This document shows positions 27,901 through 40,936 of a stretch of DNA of 64,000 bases, piece after piece. Within the stretch, counting starts at the first letter, position 1, and each line of letters begins with the position of its first letter. The stretch comes from Octopus bimaculoides. Taxonomy: Eukaryota. Location of the stretch: the NCBI RefSeq assembly GCF_001194135.2, contig NC_068984.1, positions 86,901,384 through 86,965,383 of the forward strand, written 5' to 3'. A program made the translations under genes and the position numbers. A model generated the notes under the pieces. The model was not told where the DNA came from. It was given only the letters and a program-made list of their open reading frames with translations, and did no database searches.

Positions 27901-29896
27901 TCTAAGAATAATATATATCACCATCCTTGTGCCTCACAGATTTCCTCTGAATAATTTGTTAAGTCTTCATATACTTTCAAGTTGGGGACAAAAATATGTT
28001 GTATATCAATCTCAAGAAGGAATGTTACCAAGCTAGTTCTATTAACTTTATTCATCCTACTGACTACTATGCACATGAATTTCTAGTCTCAGTAGATTTT
28101 GTGGTTCACTTTTTAACTTGTATATTTTTATTTTTTTTATTCTTCTGGTGGGATATTTGCTTGTACTGCAATCAAACCTATGTATTGCACAATATTGATG
28201 GTTTTCTTTATTCTCAGCAATGTCACCACAAGGAAATGGGATTGGTATATTCCTTCAAATTTATGTGATAAGACTTTTGATGCCTGAAACCCTTGAACTA
28301 GAAATGTTTTTGGCAATTAAAGTCTTTCAGTAGTATTGTACAGTCCTGCTCTTAAAACATGGAACATTTAGCCATTTTTTAGACACTTTGGACTTTTTCA
28401 GATTTAGTGGTTTTCTGGTTTGTAAGAACTGTAACCCTCATTTTACTGTTAGACATAAGGAAAATTTCCACCTCTTTTGAATGAATTATGGGTTTATTCC
28501 CATATATACATACTACATTTAATTTAAATGGAATCTCACCATTGATTTATGCTACTTTTACAAAAAGCCTAATAAAGCACAGGATATTCTTATGTATAAA
28601 TATCCAACTACCTGAGGAATATTAATGATTTAGTTAAAAATGTATCTCTTATATTTTCCCTTCTTTTGCCAATAAACAAATCTGTAACAAATCCTCAATT
28701 TACTATTATACTCTGTATAGAAGCAGAAAAAATTCATTTAATCTTTTATCTAAATTAGTAACCTTATACACAAATTTAACATTTTTTTTTATTTTACTTG
28801 CAAAACATTCTCTACAACAACAATAAGTATTATAGAATTTTTAATATGAGCAGAATTAAGATTTCATATTTCACTACACTAAATCTTAAATTATTGCTTC
28901 CAACCTTACTGAATTTAACCTTACTGCCTCAACTACAATTCTATGATTCTAATTGTGCTGTCCCTAATAATTGTCCTTTGAATTCTAATTGTTTAGCAAA
29001 GTACATAATGTACTAATGTAGAGTTCAAACTGCAAACTCTGCCAATACATACATTGGCTTTACTGCTAATCTTTTCAAGTTTCATTGCAACCAGCTTACT
29101 CATTCCTTCTAAAACTATTAGAAGCAATGTAGTTATGTTTGGAATTAAAGAATTTAAATATAAAACTCTTCCTGATATCCAAGAAACTGAAATTCATGCA
29201 ACCTCTGTACAAGAGAGGCTTATGAAATTCCTTTTCTTAACATTTTTATTCTCGACAGGCATTTGAACAGAAAAGCTTCATGCCATCACAAAATTTTCAA
29301 GCAATACACATATTTTTAACCCTTTTCTTCTTACCACAAAAATTATATAAGACATAAACTTCTCCCTATATTTATCTCATTTTACTTTAGCTCTTTACTG
29401 CCCTAGTTTGCAAACACATTGTATTAATTTCATTGTTGTTTACTTATCATAGTTTCTACATATTTCATACTAAATTTCTCTATTACCTTTTCAACATAAT
29501 TCAATTTACTTAGGTCCTCTCACATGTCTGTAGTCCTAGTTACTAAATTACTTTACCAACATACAGATATGTCAAGTAATCTCTAATATTCAACCACGCT
29601 TTTTCTATTGTATATATATATACTAGTACTGATTATCCAGTTCATTAATACATATATTGGTAATTAAGCCTTCACACCTCTCTTCATGATTTTAATGATC
29701 AACATTTTTAGTCTTACACTTCTATGTAGCTACCTTTCCCTCTTATTACCCTACAGATTTATCCAATACTTTTGCCCTTTATCCTACGTTAATGCTAATA
29801 TTCAGACCCAGCACTGCTGCTCAAGACTTCATTTAATATCTTTTTTATAACTCCTGCTCCAAATTGTTTTTAGATTATTTGTTTTTGATATTACAT

Positions 29897-29945
<49 letters not shown>

Positions 29946-29968
29946 ATGTTCATGTATCTGTATGTAGC

Positions 29969-30325
29969 ACTCTGTCGATTACAACGATGAGGGTTCCAGT
30001 TGATCTGATCAACGGAACAGCCTGCTTGTGAAATTAACATGCAAGTGGCTGAGCATTCCACAGACACATGTACTCTTAACGTAGTTCTCGGGGTGTGTTA
30101 CAAAGCTGGCCTTTTGAAATACAGGTACAACAGAAACAGGAAGAAAGAGTGAGAGATAGTTGTGATGAAAGTGTACAGCAGGGTTCGCCACCCCACCCTC
30201 CCCTGCCAGAGCCTCATGGAGCTTTAGGTGTTTTTCGCTCAATAAACACATTTGGTCTGGGAATCGAAACTGCGATCTTACGACCGCGAGTCCGCTGCCC
30301 TAACCACTGGGCCATTGCACCTCCA
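29969..30325 (-). mobile_element. tRNA-derived SINE (family C)
   Basis: Minus-strand head with A box TGGCCCAGTGG and B box GTTTCGATTCC; closely similar copy at 49780-50143 and a partial one at about 44430-44630. Confidence 0.88.
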
Positions 30326-32289
30326 CATCTGTGTGTATATATGACTATTCATTGTTTGGTTGTTTGCTTGTTTTGTATGTATGTATTTTGGCAGGCAGGT
30401 AGTATTTTTACATGGAAAAAGTTGACAGTTAGTTTGAAGTTTCAGATTTGTAACCATCATAAGATTGAATGTCACCTTTTGAATGAATATGTTATTCTAC
30501 AAATAGGTATTGAGTAATCCTTCAATTTAATGGGTTTTTTTTGTATAGCAATTCATAAAAAAAAAACGTTTATATGTATTTAAATATATGTTTACACACA
30601 ATAGTCTCACTCATATATACATACACATGTCCATATGCACACACACATACACGAAATGCACATCACTTCACACAATGCACACACACTAGGTTACTTGTAT
30701 ACATACACGCACATGCTCCCATACACTGGCCCATGCATTTGCATACACATACACATATGCACACGCACACCAATACATGAAATATGTTACTCCATAAAAT
30801 GTATGCACTAGGTTACTTATACACACATATGGGCCCACATAGTTTTAAGCTTGCCCACACACATATTCATGCACTCACCCACCCTTCACATACACCATTC
30901 TTATATAGTCACATGTTCTTGTGCACTCTAGTTCAGCTGAGTCATTTTTATCTCCTTTTCTCTCAGCCTCTTTCTTCCAGCCATTTTATCATGTTGAACC
31001 GTTAATCCTTACACTTCCTTTTCTCTCTCTCTTTTTTTCCTTGTCTCTCCATTTATGTTTTCCCCTCATTTCTTTCTGTCGAAGAGCGTAGGTTTAAAAC
31101 ATCAAAGACTTTTCCATTCTTCCTGAGCATCAAACTAATATATCTGCTTGTTCCTTCACCTGTCTTTGTCTTTTGTTTTCTGTAAATTTGAAGTATGTAT
31201 GTTTATGTATATATGTGTATAAATTAAATAAAAATAAGCTAAGAGAAACAACTTAATGGTGTGTATTTGAACAACATAGACAAATGTAGGTATACAACAA
31301 ATATAGGTATACCATACAACATAAATTCTTGATTTATTAAAATTATTTGTGCCACTTGAGAATGTGTCATAATTACCAAATGACAATTAAAACCAGCTCT
31401 GTATGAGGAGGGGAGATAATTTCAATCAAGTATTTTCCCGAATTGACATGCCATTAAGGAGTAGAACAGGCTTAATGCCTGGAGATAAGAGGATAGTCAT
31501 GTACATGTGTTTCTGTTTCGACAGGCATCATCAGCACAGCAATTGTTCAACCTTATCTCCAGTATATATATATATTATAATTGTGATTATATATTGTATT
31601 TTTATATGTGAGTTAGTATTAAGTGTATAAACTTTGTTTCTCTTGTGTATAGATCTCACTTAATAGTTTCTGTGTACACACACATACATGTAGTTTTGGT
31701 ATTACAAATGGAAGAAATAGAACTCAGTACATAAAGCAGTGTGTGTGTGTATTATTAACTGAAGTTACCTTTGCGACTCGAGACTGTAAATTCACGTCAA
31801 AGCTCTTTTCAAATACTTTCTTTGACCAATACTTTGGGAACAACACTCTCAGCCCTTGAGTCACTTATGGAGCTTTACAGCTAATAAATATATATGGTTG
31901 TATAATATCTCTGCTGATATTTGCTTGTATATCTATATGTATATACTTTTGTATATATTTATATGGATGGATACATAGTTATTGACATGTATCATGCGTG
32001 TATATATTTATGACTACATTGGGGGGTGCAATTCTATCAACCAGCTTTGATTTAAATCTAGTTTCTACCAGAGATACTTTGCTAGAAAAGTTACTTGCCT
32101 AGCTTTATCTTCAGTACTTTTATTTTAAGCTGTATCATTAATTCTCACATCCTTATGTTTTTTCTTTTTACATAAGTTTGTCCATGGTTTTAGTTCAGTA
32201 TTTAACTGACAGACTTAAGTTATGAATTCTCTGTCTCTTATGGTGTTTACTTGTGTACTGAGGATGATGTACTCTGTCTCTGAATGCAG

Positions 32290-32700
32290 GAGTTGATGTA
32301 TCATCAAGCAGTTAAAACAGCTCTGTAGGTGTTTGGTCCCCTTTCACTGCAACACCACAGCTGCCCACTGATCTAACTGACAAAACTCCTTTACAACTTT
32401 ATGAGCTTTGTTGAGTCAGATGTTGCAACTCTTGAACTAGATGTCTCTACCATTCTCAATGTTCACTCTTTCTGCATCACTGGTCCTCTCTCTTAAGCCA
32501 GTTGAACTGGCTTGTTTTCTCAACAGCTCCAGACTGTTTTCTGGCAACAACTTTTGCCTCCATCACATCTAGACCAAGACTCCCAAGCACCAAATGAACC
32601 TTTGTTCGAACAAATCTTCTAACATCAATCTCTACAGGAAGGCAAAATGCCTCCTATCTGTTGTTTTACCAGAGTTCAACCAACTTGCTGTATTTCCCTA
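32290..32700 (-). mobile_element. 3' end of an RLE-bearing non-LTR retrotransposon (HERO/NeSL-like), decayed
   Basis: GKYSKLVELW*NNR*EAFCLPVEIDVRRFVRTKVHLVLGSLG...AVEKTSQFNWLKR fits the recalled RLE C-terminal pattern KY.EL...C...GW....PVEVG.RGF...LG...AEK.S.WLW.KR. Confidence 0.7.
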
Positions 32701-33701
32701 TAATTTTTTTCTGTACTACTAGGGTCTAGTAAGAGTCTAAATTTTATTTTCTGTTTTATCTTTTATTTGCTAGATTTATACAATTACACTATTGTATTTA
32801 GTATAAATTCAGTCACATATCTGTAGTTTTAATTGGTATATAATGTATAGGGAAGTTATGTTCATTTAAATAACAACAATAATAATAATGGCTTCAATTT
32901 TTGGCAAAAGGCCTGCTAGTTCAGGGTAGTGGGTAAGCCAATTACATCGACCCCAATGCTCCACGGGAACTTATTTTATCAACCCTGAAAAGATGAAAGG
33001 CAAAGTTGACTTTAGTGGAATTTGAACTCAGGATGTAAAGACTGACTAAAAGCCACTGAGCATTTTGCCTGGCATGCTAACCATTCTACCAGCTCACTAC
33101 CTTCTTAATAATAATAATAATAATAATGCTATTTTTTTTTTATAATTTGATATTACTTTCCTAATATACATATTTTTAAAAATCATTTCTGTAGAGTACT
33201 TTTTTATGTACAAATACTCCTTGTTATAATTGTATAGAGTTTATATACTTGTTTATTTTTTTCTATACATATAATCTATATGTTTAGAGTATGAAAGTAT
33301 TAATAATGTTGTATGTGTGTGTGTATGTTTATATATAATTGTGTATGTATGACAAATTTATGTGTGAATGTGTGTATATAAGTGTGTGTGTGTGTGTGTA
33401 TTATATAAAAAATGGAAGACTCACATACAGTACTTCATATATCTCGGCACCTGGCAAACCATAGATATAAAGTTACTTGATTACTGATCATTAATCAACA
33501 CCTGTTGTACCATTCGTCAGCTGTTGTGTGAAGCTTCTCACATGTTTGCATAATATAATAGATATATTCCTCTTTTTCAATAAAACTGTGATTTACTTCT
33601 TTTGATATTACACACGAGTAACCGTTATACACACACACAGCTTTTGACAGTCCACTAATTTTATACATTAAGTTAGCATCTTCAATTTTATATTAGACTA
33701 A

Positions 33702-34055
33702 GGTTCTGAGTTCAAATTCCGCCGAAGACAACTTTGCCTTTCATCTTTTCGAGGTCGATAAATTAAGTACCAGTTATGCACTGGGGTCGATGTAATCGAC
33801 TTAATCCCGTTGTCTGTCCTTGTTTGTCCCCTCTATGTTTAGCCCCTTGTGGGCAATAAAGAAATAAGAAACGTTAGCATGCCGGGCGAAATGCTTTGCA
33901 GTATTTCGTATGTTTTTACGTTTTGAGTTCAAATTGACTTTGCTTTTCAAACTTTCGGGGGTCAATAAATTAAGTACCAGTTGCGTACTTGGGTCGATCT
34001 AATCTACTGGCCCTGTCCCCCTCAAATTTCGGGCCTTGTGCCTAGTGTAGGAAAG
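33702..34055 (+). mobile_element. Tandem pair of family A SINEs
   Basis: Core TTCTGAGTTCAAATTCCGCCGA...CTTTGCCTTTCATC...AAGTACCAGTTG..CACTGGGGTCGAT; further copies at about 2815, 3586, 12605, 37600, 38995, 58650 and 62040 (+) and 32890-33105 (-). Confidence 0.88.
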
Positions 34056-36184
34056 AAAACTTTATATTAGACCGTTATGAATTCTCATCACAGTTATTTC
34101 CCTTCTCCTACACAACTATATGTAAATCTAAATTTCATACCATTTGAGTTTGCTTTTTACAGTAACCATTTTTATAACGACTTTATATCACTTTTTAATT
34201 GTACTCTTTTATTTAACTTCATCTCTTACTTTTAAATATGTTTTTCCTACAACATCCCGCTTATTTCCTTATATTTAATGCTTCTCTTTAGTCTTTCTGT
34301 CAGTAATATGTATTTTATGTGGAGTTGTTTCTTTCGAGTTCAATATTTATTTATTTGCTTCTAATTTGTTGGTTTAATGTTTTGGTCTCGATTCTAGGCT
34401 ATACATATATGTATTACAGGCTCAAAAATTCCCTTCATTCTTCTCTGAAGAGTTCTTGTCATAGCCGAAATGAACTGCATTTTGTAAGAAAACTATGAAT
34501 TAATACTGTATATTCCAGAAGTAAATAGCAATGAGTTCTTTTAAATTGTTGATTTTCTAGTCAAACAATTTAATTTCCTAGATCACGCACACGCACACCC
34601 TCTACACATACTAGATATCACTTCAATTTTGTTGAAAACTGCTGATGATTAACTGTAAAGTGACTACAAATCTATACCAAGAATGCTGATATTGATTAAC
34701 TTGTTTTGTCCACATTTTTGTTTCAGGTCTTGGTTGGTTCTCATTCTTGAGTAAAATACAAAATTACTTTTGAAAAGCTATTTCAAAGCACATCCTCAAT
34801 GACTCAGTTCTCTCCACCTGGCAGGTAGGCAGATACACAGGCCCAAAACTTGTGACTGTTTGCTTAGCATCTTCATAACTCAATACCCTACTGTCATTGA
34901 AGGTTTCCATAGTACAGCCATTTTTAATTCCCAGTCACTCATTTGTGCAAAGTAGCATGCACACATACATATGTGCAATTTACTTGAGACTTATTACTTA
35001 TCTTTGAAATTCTGAGTAAGAATGCTACTGAAAGCTTATTTAGTTTTACAGGTGTTGATCAACAAGGTAAGATAGATCAATTAGATGCTGAACTAGGATT
35101 TAATTAAATAGAAATTACTTTCCATTTTTATTTACTCAAATTTGTTTCTAATACACTGTCTAGATATAGCTTTTACTAATCACTTTACTCTTTACTTTTA
35201 TTTAACATTGTTTATCCATTATCCTAATCTTGTAAGGTTTTGTTTATTCTTTTAGTTGTTTTCACTGTTACCTAAAGATTATATTTATTGTTTGAATAGC
35301 CTTATTGGACTTTGATAGATTTAATGCATTTTTTTAGAAAAAGAGAAAATAGTAATTTATGTAAGTTTTTTTATAACGAAATAAACAGAAAACGATCAAA
35401 TTTTTGAATTATATATCTTGACATATTTAACCGCAAGCCATTATTGTTCTGTTAATCTGTATCTTTTCCACATGCCCCTTATGTCCTCAAAACTTTGTAA
35501 TATGAAGACATACTTTGTGCCCTCCTTTTCCAGAATTAAAAACTATTTTTCAATCCATCTATTTTGTTTGCTTATTAATATTGAGGTTACAAACTATTTC
35601 ATTATTAGAAACATTTCATTGAGAACAGTATTCAATAAGAATTAAAACTTATTCAAATCTTATCATTTTTAACATTTGTTATATGACCTAACCTTGTAAT
35701 ACCTAAATGACCAATATTCAGGATATATTTATATATATTGGTTACATGATGCATATGGATGTAGACAATTGCACACAGAAGTGTTAATCGCTTAAAGTGG
35801 ATGGAACTTGTGGAAGAGGGAAACCCAAGAAGAAGTATTAAGGCTGATCTCAAGACATTGAGCCTTATGAAGGAGATAACTAGGAACTGAGATATCTGGT
35901 GCATTGTTGTACTGAAGAAGACCCATTCACCACAGAGAAACTGATATCAGTGCTGGTGCCATGTTAAAAGTACTGGTGCTGATGCCACATAAAAAGCACC
36001 CAGTACACTCTTTGAAGTGGTTGGCATTAGGAAGGGTATCCAGTCATAGACACCATGTGATAACAGATAATGGAGTCTGGTGTGGCTCCTAGCCTTACCA
36101 GCTCTGGTCAAACCATTCAACCTATGCCAGCATGGAAAGCAGATGTTAAATGATAATTTTACAAGAAGAGTGATGATAGTGACT

Positions 36185-36600
36185 TTGAAGTTTCGGCCTG
36201 CTAACTTTCAATGGACACTCTGATGAAGGCTAGCAGGCTGAAGCTCTGAAATTACTGCTTTGGTAAAAGTATAATAAATATGCTCTCTATAAAAAGTATT
36301 GATGGAAAATTGTTGTAACTTGGCATAAGAAAGATGTTATGTATAAGTGTGTGTGCGTTAAGATTTCTGAGAGCATGAGATGAGCTTATTTGAACTCTAT
36401 CTTATTGAAATCTTGATGAACAGACTTAGGATTAGTCCTTTAACATATTGAAGATAGAGTATTCTAAACACCATAAGTTGTCAAGAAATGGCTAAATGTA
36501 TGTAATGTCCATCAACTTTAGATTTCGCAAATATGCATTTCATGGTTTGGACCTTGGCTCAATTTTGAACAGGTGTTGAAGTTTCACTGCTGAGCAAAAA
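36185..36600. mobile_element. Probable Penelope-like terminal region with a decayed hammerhead motif
   Basis: Palindrome GTTTCGGCCTGCTA...CTGATGAAGGCTAGCAGGCTGAAGC at 36190-36244; PLE assignment inferred from this motif. Confidence 0.45.
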
Positions 36601-38091
36601 TTAAACAGTCATGAGTGAAGCAAAAAGGAAATCATTATTTGAAACTGGGATACCATATCAAATGAAAGCATCTTTGATTAAAGAGATTTTCATACTGTCC
36701 GTGTTATTAAGTTTAACCTTTTTGCTGCCATATTTCTATTGAAATATGTTGCTTTTTGTTCAAGTAATTTTGAAAATAATGAAGTATTTAGTAAATTAAC
36801 TGTTTTTATTAAGCTGATGTTTGGGAACATAACATGAAATTTTGATGGAAAGTTTTAACTTAAATAATCCTGAAACAGCAAGATTGTATCGATATATATC
36901 TGAAGACATGGGATGAAGTATTGAAGGCTGATTTCAAGACACTGAGCCTTACAAAGGAGATAACTAAGGAGCAAAATATCTGGTGCACTGCTGTACTCAG
37001 GAACAGTCTGCTGTTAAAAGTACCCAGTACACTGGAGTGGTTAGCATTAGGAAGGGCATCCAGCTGCAGATACCATGCCAGAACAGACAATGGAGTGTGA
37101 TGCAGTGCCTGGCCTTGCAAGCTCCAGTTGAACCATCCACCTCATGCCAGCATGGAGAATGGACATTAAATGATGATGATAATGATATATAATCAAAATA
37201 AGATGAAATTCTTTGACCATGGCCCACCTGGTGCTAAAGAGCAGACCGTTTTGTTTCAATGTGTCTAGTGTTAGGAAAAACACTTTAACCCTTTTGGTAC
37301 TATATTTCTGAAATAAATTTTGACTATTTCAATTCATTTTGAAAATATTGAAGAATTTAGTTTAGCTTCATCATTATACTAGTGTTTAAAACATAAATTA
37401 ATATGAAATTTTGATAGGTTTTTAAATTGAAATCCCTTTTAAAACAAGAGGTTTGTATCATAGAACCAATAGCAATTTTAAGTGGGTTGGTACCAAAAGG
37501 ATCTGACCCCTTTAGTATTCTGATTACTCTTGTAAAATGTAATGCTTATCTATTCACAGTTCTGAATTAATTATGCATTATCTTGTATCTTCTGAAGGCA
37601 GCAAGCTGGACAAAATACTTAGCAGCATTTTGTCTGTCTTTATGTTCTGAGTTCTAATTCTGCTGAATTTAACTTTGGTCTTCATCCTTTTGAGGTTGAT
37701 GAAATAAGTACCAGTTGAGCACTGGGGTCTGTGTGATCAACTAGCTCCCTCCTCCAAAATGTCAGGCCTTATGCCCATAGTAGAAAGGATTATCTTGTAG
37801 CTTTAAGATTTCAATGATGGAATTGTTTATTTCTAGTATAACATTGAAAGGTTGGATCTGGCCAGTTTGAACATAAACAGAATATTTGGGCTGAATATGG
37901 TTGGTTTAAATGCTAAAGCGTTTAACCAGGTGTTTAATCATCAATCTAACAGAATCCTTGATGGTAATATAACTGATTGTTTTTCTGTAGTTCAAATGCA
38001 ATTCAAGACCCATCAACAGATGAAATTCAAATTTACTATATTTTTAAATGAGAAATAATCTTCCAGCAAACAACCTATCAGCTAAATGTTC

Positions 38092-38449
38092 GGATCTTTT
38101 TTAAAACGGGGGGCCACATTTTTCATTAACAAAACACTTTAAGTTAGGGTTAGGGTTAAAGCAAATTTAAAATGAAAAAAGCAAATAAAACGAAGGTATG
38201 AAGATTAAATACGCTTTACATCGCTTAATCAGCCAAAGGAGTAAATATAAACAACTGAATACTTGTCAGTGATTGGTTGAAATTATCGAAATAAGACAAT
38301 TTTTTACATGAAATAAATTCGAATACAAAAATATTTTTCTGTTCTATAACACAAAATAGATAAGTATACGAAGTTTGAAAGTCTTTCGGTACCAAAAACA
38401 CTACGTAAAACATTAATGAAAAATGTGGCCCCCGTTTTAAAATAGATCC
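38092..38449. mobile_element. MITE with GG-starting TIRs and a perfect 8-bp TSD (Merlin-like)
   Basis: TIRs GGATCTTTTTTAAAACGGGGGGCCACATTTTTCATTAA / TTAATGAAAAATGTGGCCCCCGTTTTAAAATAGATCC; TSD AAATGTTC at 38084-38091 and 38450-38457; internal TTAGGGTTAGGG. Confidence 0.88.
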
Positions 38450-40705
38450 AAATGTTCTACTAGAGCCACATCTAGTGTCTAGATAATTGAAACTGTACTG
38501 CAATTCTTTGAATGTGTTTCCAAAGAAAACAAATGAAGCACATCTGCTATTGATGTTGTGAAATTATTCACATCTGTATGGTTGAGGTCAATATTAGATG
38601 CAGTTTGTCACATGCACAACAACCAAAATCATTTACAGTCTGAATAAAATCAATGCTGCTTGCACTCAATTACCATCTGTTTTGTTATGTTGTATTAAAT
38701 AAATGCAACAAAAACATTCAGCCCTGCTATATATTTGGAATGCTAACAGGATTTGGATGTGATAAAATTCTATTATCATTGTAGTTACATGGAATTCTAT
38801 ACTTGAAAGGAAATATTTTACTTAATTAGGGATGCTTTGTTTTAAATTTTGCTGGTTTTGTCTTTTTGTTCAAGTTTATTCTAGAAAACTTGGACTGATA
38901 AGAGCCAAATAAAAAATTGTCAACATCATTAGTCCATCCGTGTGAATCATGTCTAATTCTGGGCTGCAAAGGTTCATTATTTTATTATTATTGTTATTTT
39001 CTGAGTTCAAATTCCACCAAGGTTGACTTTGCCTTTCATCCCTTCAGGGTTGATGAAATAAGTACTAGTTGAGCACTGGGATCAATGAATCCACTAGCCT
39101 CTCACCTGAGCTTAAAAAAGAAAAGATGCAGGCCACGTGCCTATAGTAGAAAGGATTGAGATTGCTAAATCCTACATCAATGCTCCTCTTTTATTGAGGA
39201 ATGGGAATAATGGTATCCTCATCTGAATCTGAGAAAGAAAGGAATTTACTCAGTACATGACTAGCATTTTACTTTTTTGACTTCAGGAGAATGAATACCA
39301 AAGTTGACGTTGACACCTTTAAGACATACAGAAAGGTAATCTTTTTGCAAATTGTTTCAGCCTTAATTTTTTCAGTATGGAAAGCAAAGGGACAACAACT
39401 GTTACATCCTGATGAAGTTTACCATGTCCACATGGTGCCCACTACAGGTATACAGAAATAAACTGAACACTGGAGAAAATATATGTCCAGACTGTCTGGC
39501 ATATTGCACCCCATACAATTCAGTACTGTATATCAGAGTGAAGAATCGTTCTCCACTAGGTTGAAGTATAGTATATTCGTTACAACAAATTTGTGCAATG
39601 TGTTTTGTCAATTGACTAATTAGCTATGTACCGTGGGTGTACTCAATCAGAGCTAACATGAAACGATGCAAGACTGACACTAGTGATATATGTAGCAAGG
39701 CTGGTGGAGAAGTGATATTGCTAGAATTGATATTTACTGATAAGTTCTTAAGTTTTTGGGTTTACAGTTTGGATTGATGTAGCCTTTCAGTATTTGGCAG
39801 TTTATATATATATATGCTTGCTTAAGTATATATACATATGTATATATGCTTGTGTGTGTGTGTGTGTGTATGTATGTATATATATATATATAATTGGCAC
39901 TTTTTGAGGGAGCTTCCTTACTGTCACTTAAACTGTTTAAAATGACAGCAGCCAAATATCTCTCAAATCACACCACAATATTTTTAAAAAAAGGAAGAAT
40001 ACTGCTGAATATGCTTTGACATGTCTGAAAAAAGTATGGTTGCAAGTGGAATGCCTTTGATCAGAGGGCTGTTTGCTCAGTGCTATTTTTGGGGATTAAC
40101 CAACAACTATAAATAAATTTTTACTTATTGTAAAAATATCCCCATAGTATCCAGTATTAAGACTTGTGCAGAATAGTCCAGTATAAGTATCATATCATTT
40201 GAAATAACAGAGAAAATAAGTAGTGTAGAACTGTTACTGTATGATGGTTATAACAAATCACAACAGCCTCCAGTATTAAATTTATTTCAACAGCTCTAGA
40301 TATTATGAATGGTGAAATAATTTTAATAATAGATTCAGTTGAATATGGCTTCCATTCCTTAGGGCTGGCTGGTCTTGCACTCCACTTCCACTCAGGTACC
40401 CTCGCCTCCACACTCAACCATTATGCTCAATCCCTTTTCTCCACAACATTCCCTAGGGAACCTTCTCCCTATTTGTGTCCTAAACAGAACATTAATGACA
40501 TCAAGCTCACCAATTTTGGTCATGGGAAATGCTCCATCCTCCAGACTTAAAGAAAATATAAATAACAACTCAAGGAGAAAGTCATAAAAAAAAATCCTGG
40601 TTTTCAGAGCCCTGTTAAAATAGCGATTGTCATTTATCTTAAAATAATATTTTGAGTTATTGTCAAAACCAAATTTTATTTACAAATATTTTAACAAAAC
40701 CAGAA

Positions 40706-40936
40706 TTATTTTAAGCCTTTAAAATGTGAAGAATGTTCAGAAAATTCACTGTAAACTTCACTTGCATCTGTATCATTTACATTTTCACGATAATCCTTCA
40801 TTAAATCATATTTTTCCCATGGTTTGGCAACTTTCTTTGCTTTAACATAAAATCTCTCTGGTAAATTTAAATCTTCAACTCCTTTTAAATCCATACGTTC
40901 ATATCTCAGTAGCCATGGTCGAGGATTCAGTTTTAC
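40706..40936 (-). CDS. MRPL19: Mitochondrial ribosomal protein L19, last exon
   Basis: ttttgtag|GTA; VKLNPRPWLLRYERMDLKGVEDLNLPERFYVKAKKVAKPWEKYDLMKDYRENVNDTDASEVYSEFSEHSSHFKGLK*. Resembles the MRPL19 motifs K..P.PW...ER and PW..(F/Y)D.M..Y. AATAAA on - at 40680-40675. Confidence 0.93.
   Translation of the reverse strand, partial: VKLNPRPWLLRYERMDLKGVEDLNLPERFYVKAKKVAKPWEKYDLMKDYRENVNDTDASEVYSEFSEHSSHFKGLK

Noticed and set aside
30255-30325. tRNA-like sequence with A and B boxes (also about 50070-50143)
   Set aside because: It is the head of a multicopy SINE continuing into a shared body, not a standalone tRNA gene
38140-38160. TTAGGG repeats as a telomere or fusion scar (also about 52129-52140)
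   Set aside because: Only two units, each inside a TSD-flanked MITE
39287-39447. Two apparent + strand exons (39287-39335 and 39376-39447)
   Set aside because: No recognisable protein, an implausible 40-nt intron, and the region looks like SINE/LINE remnants
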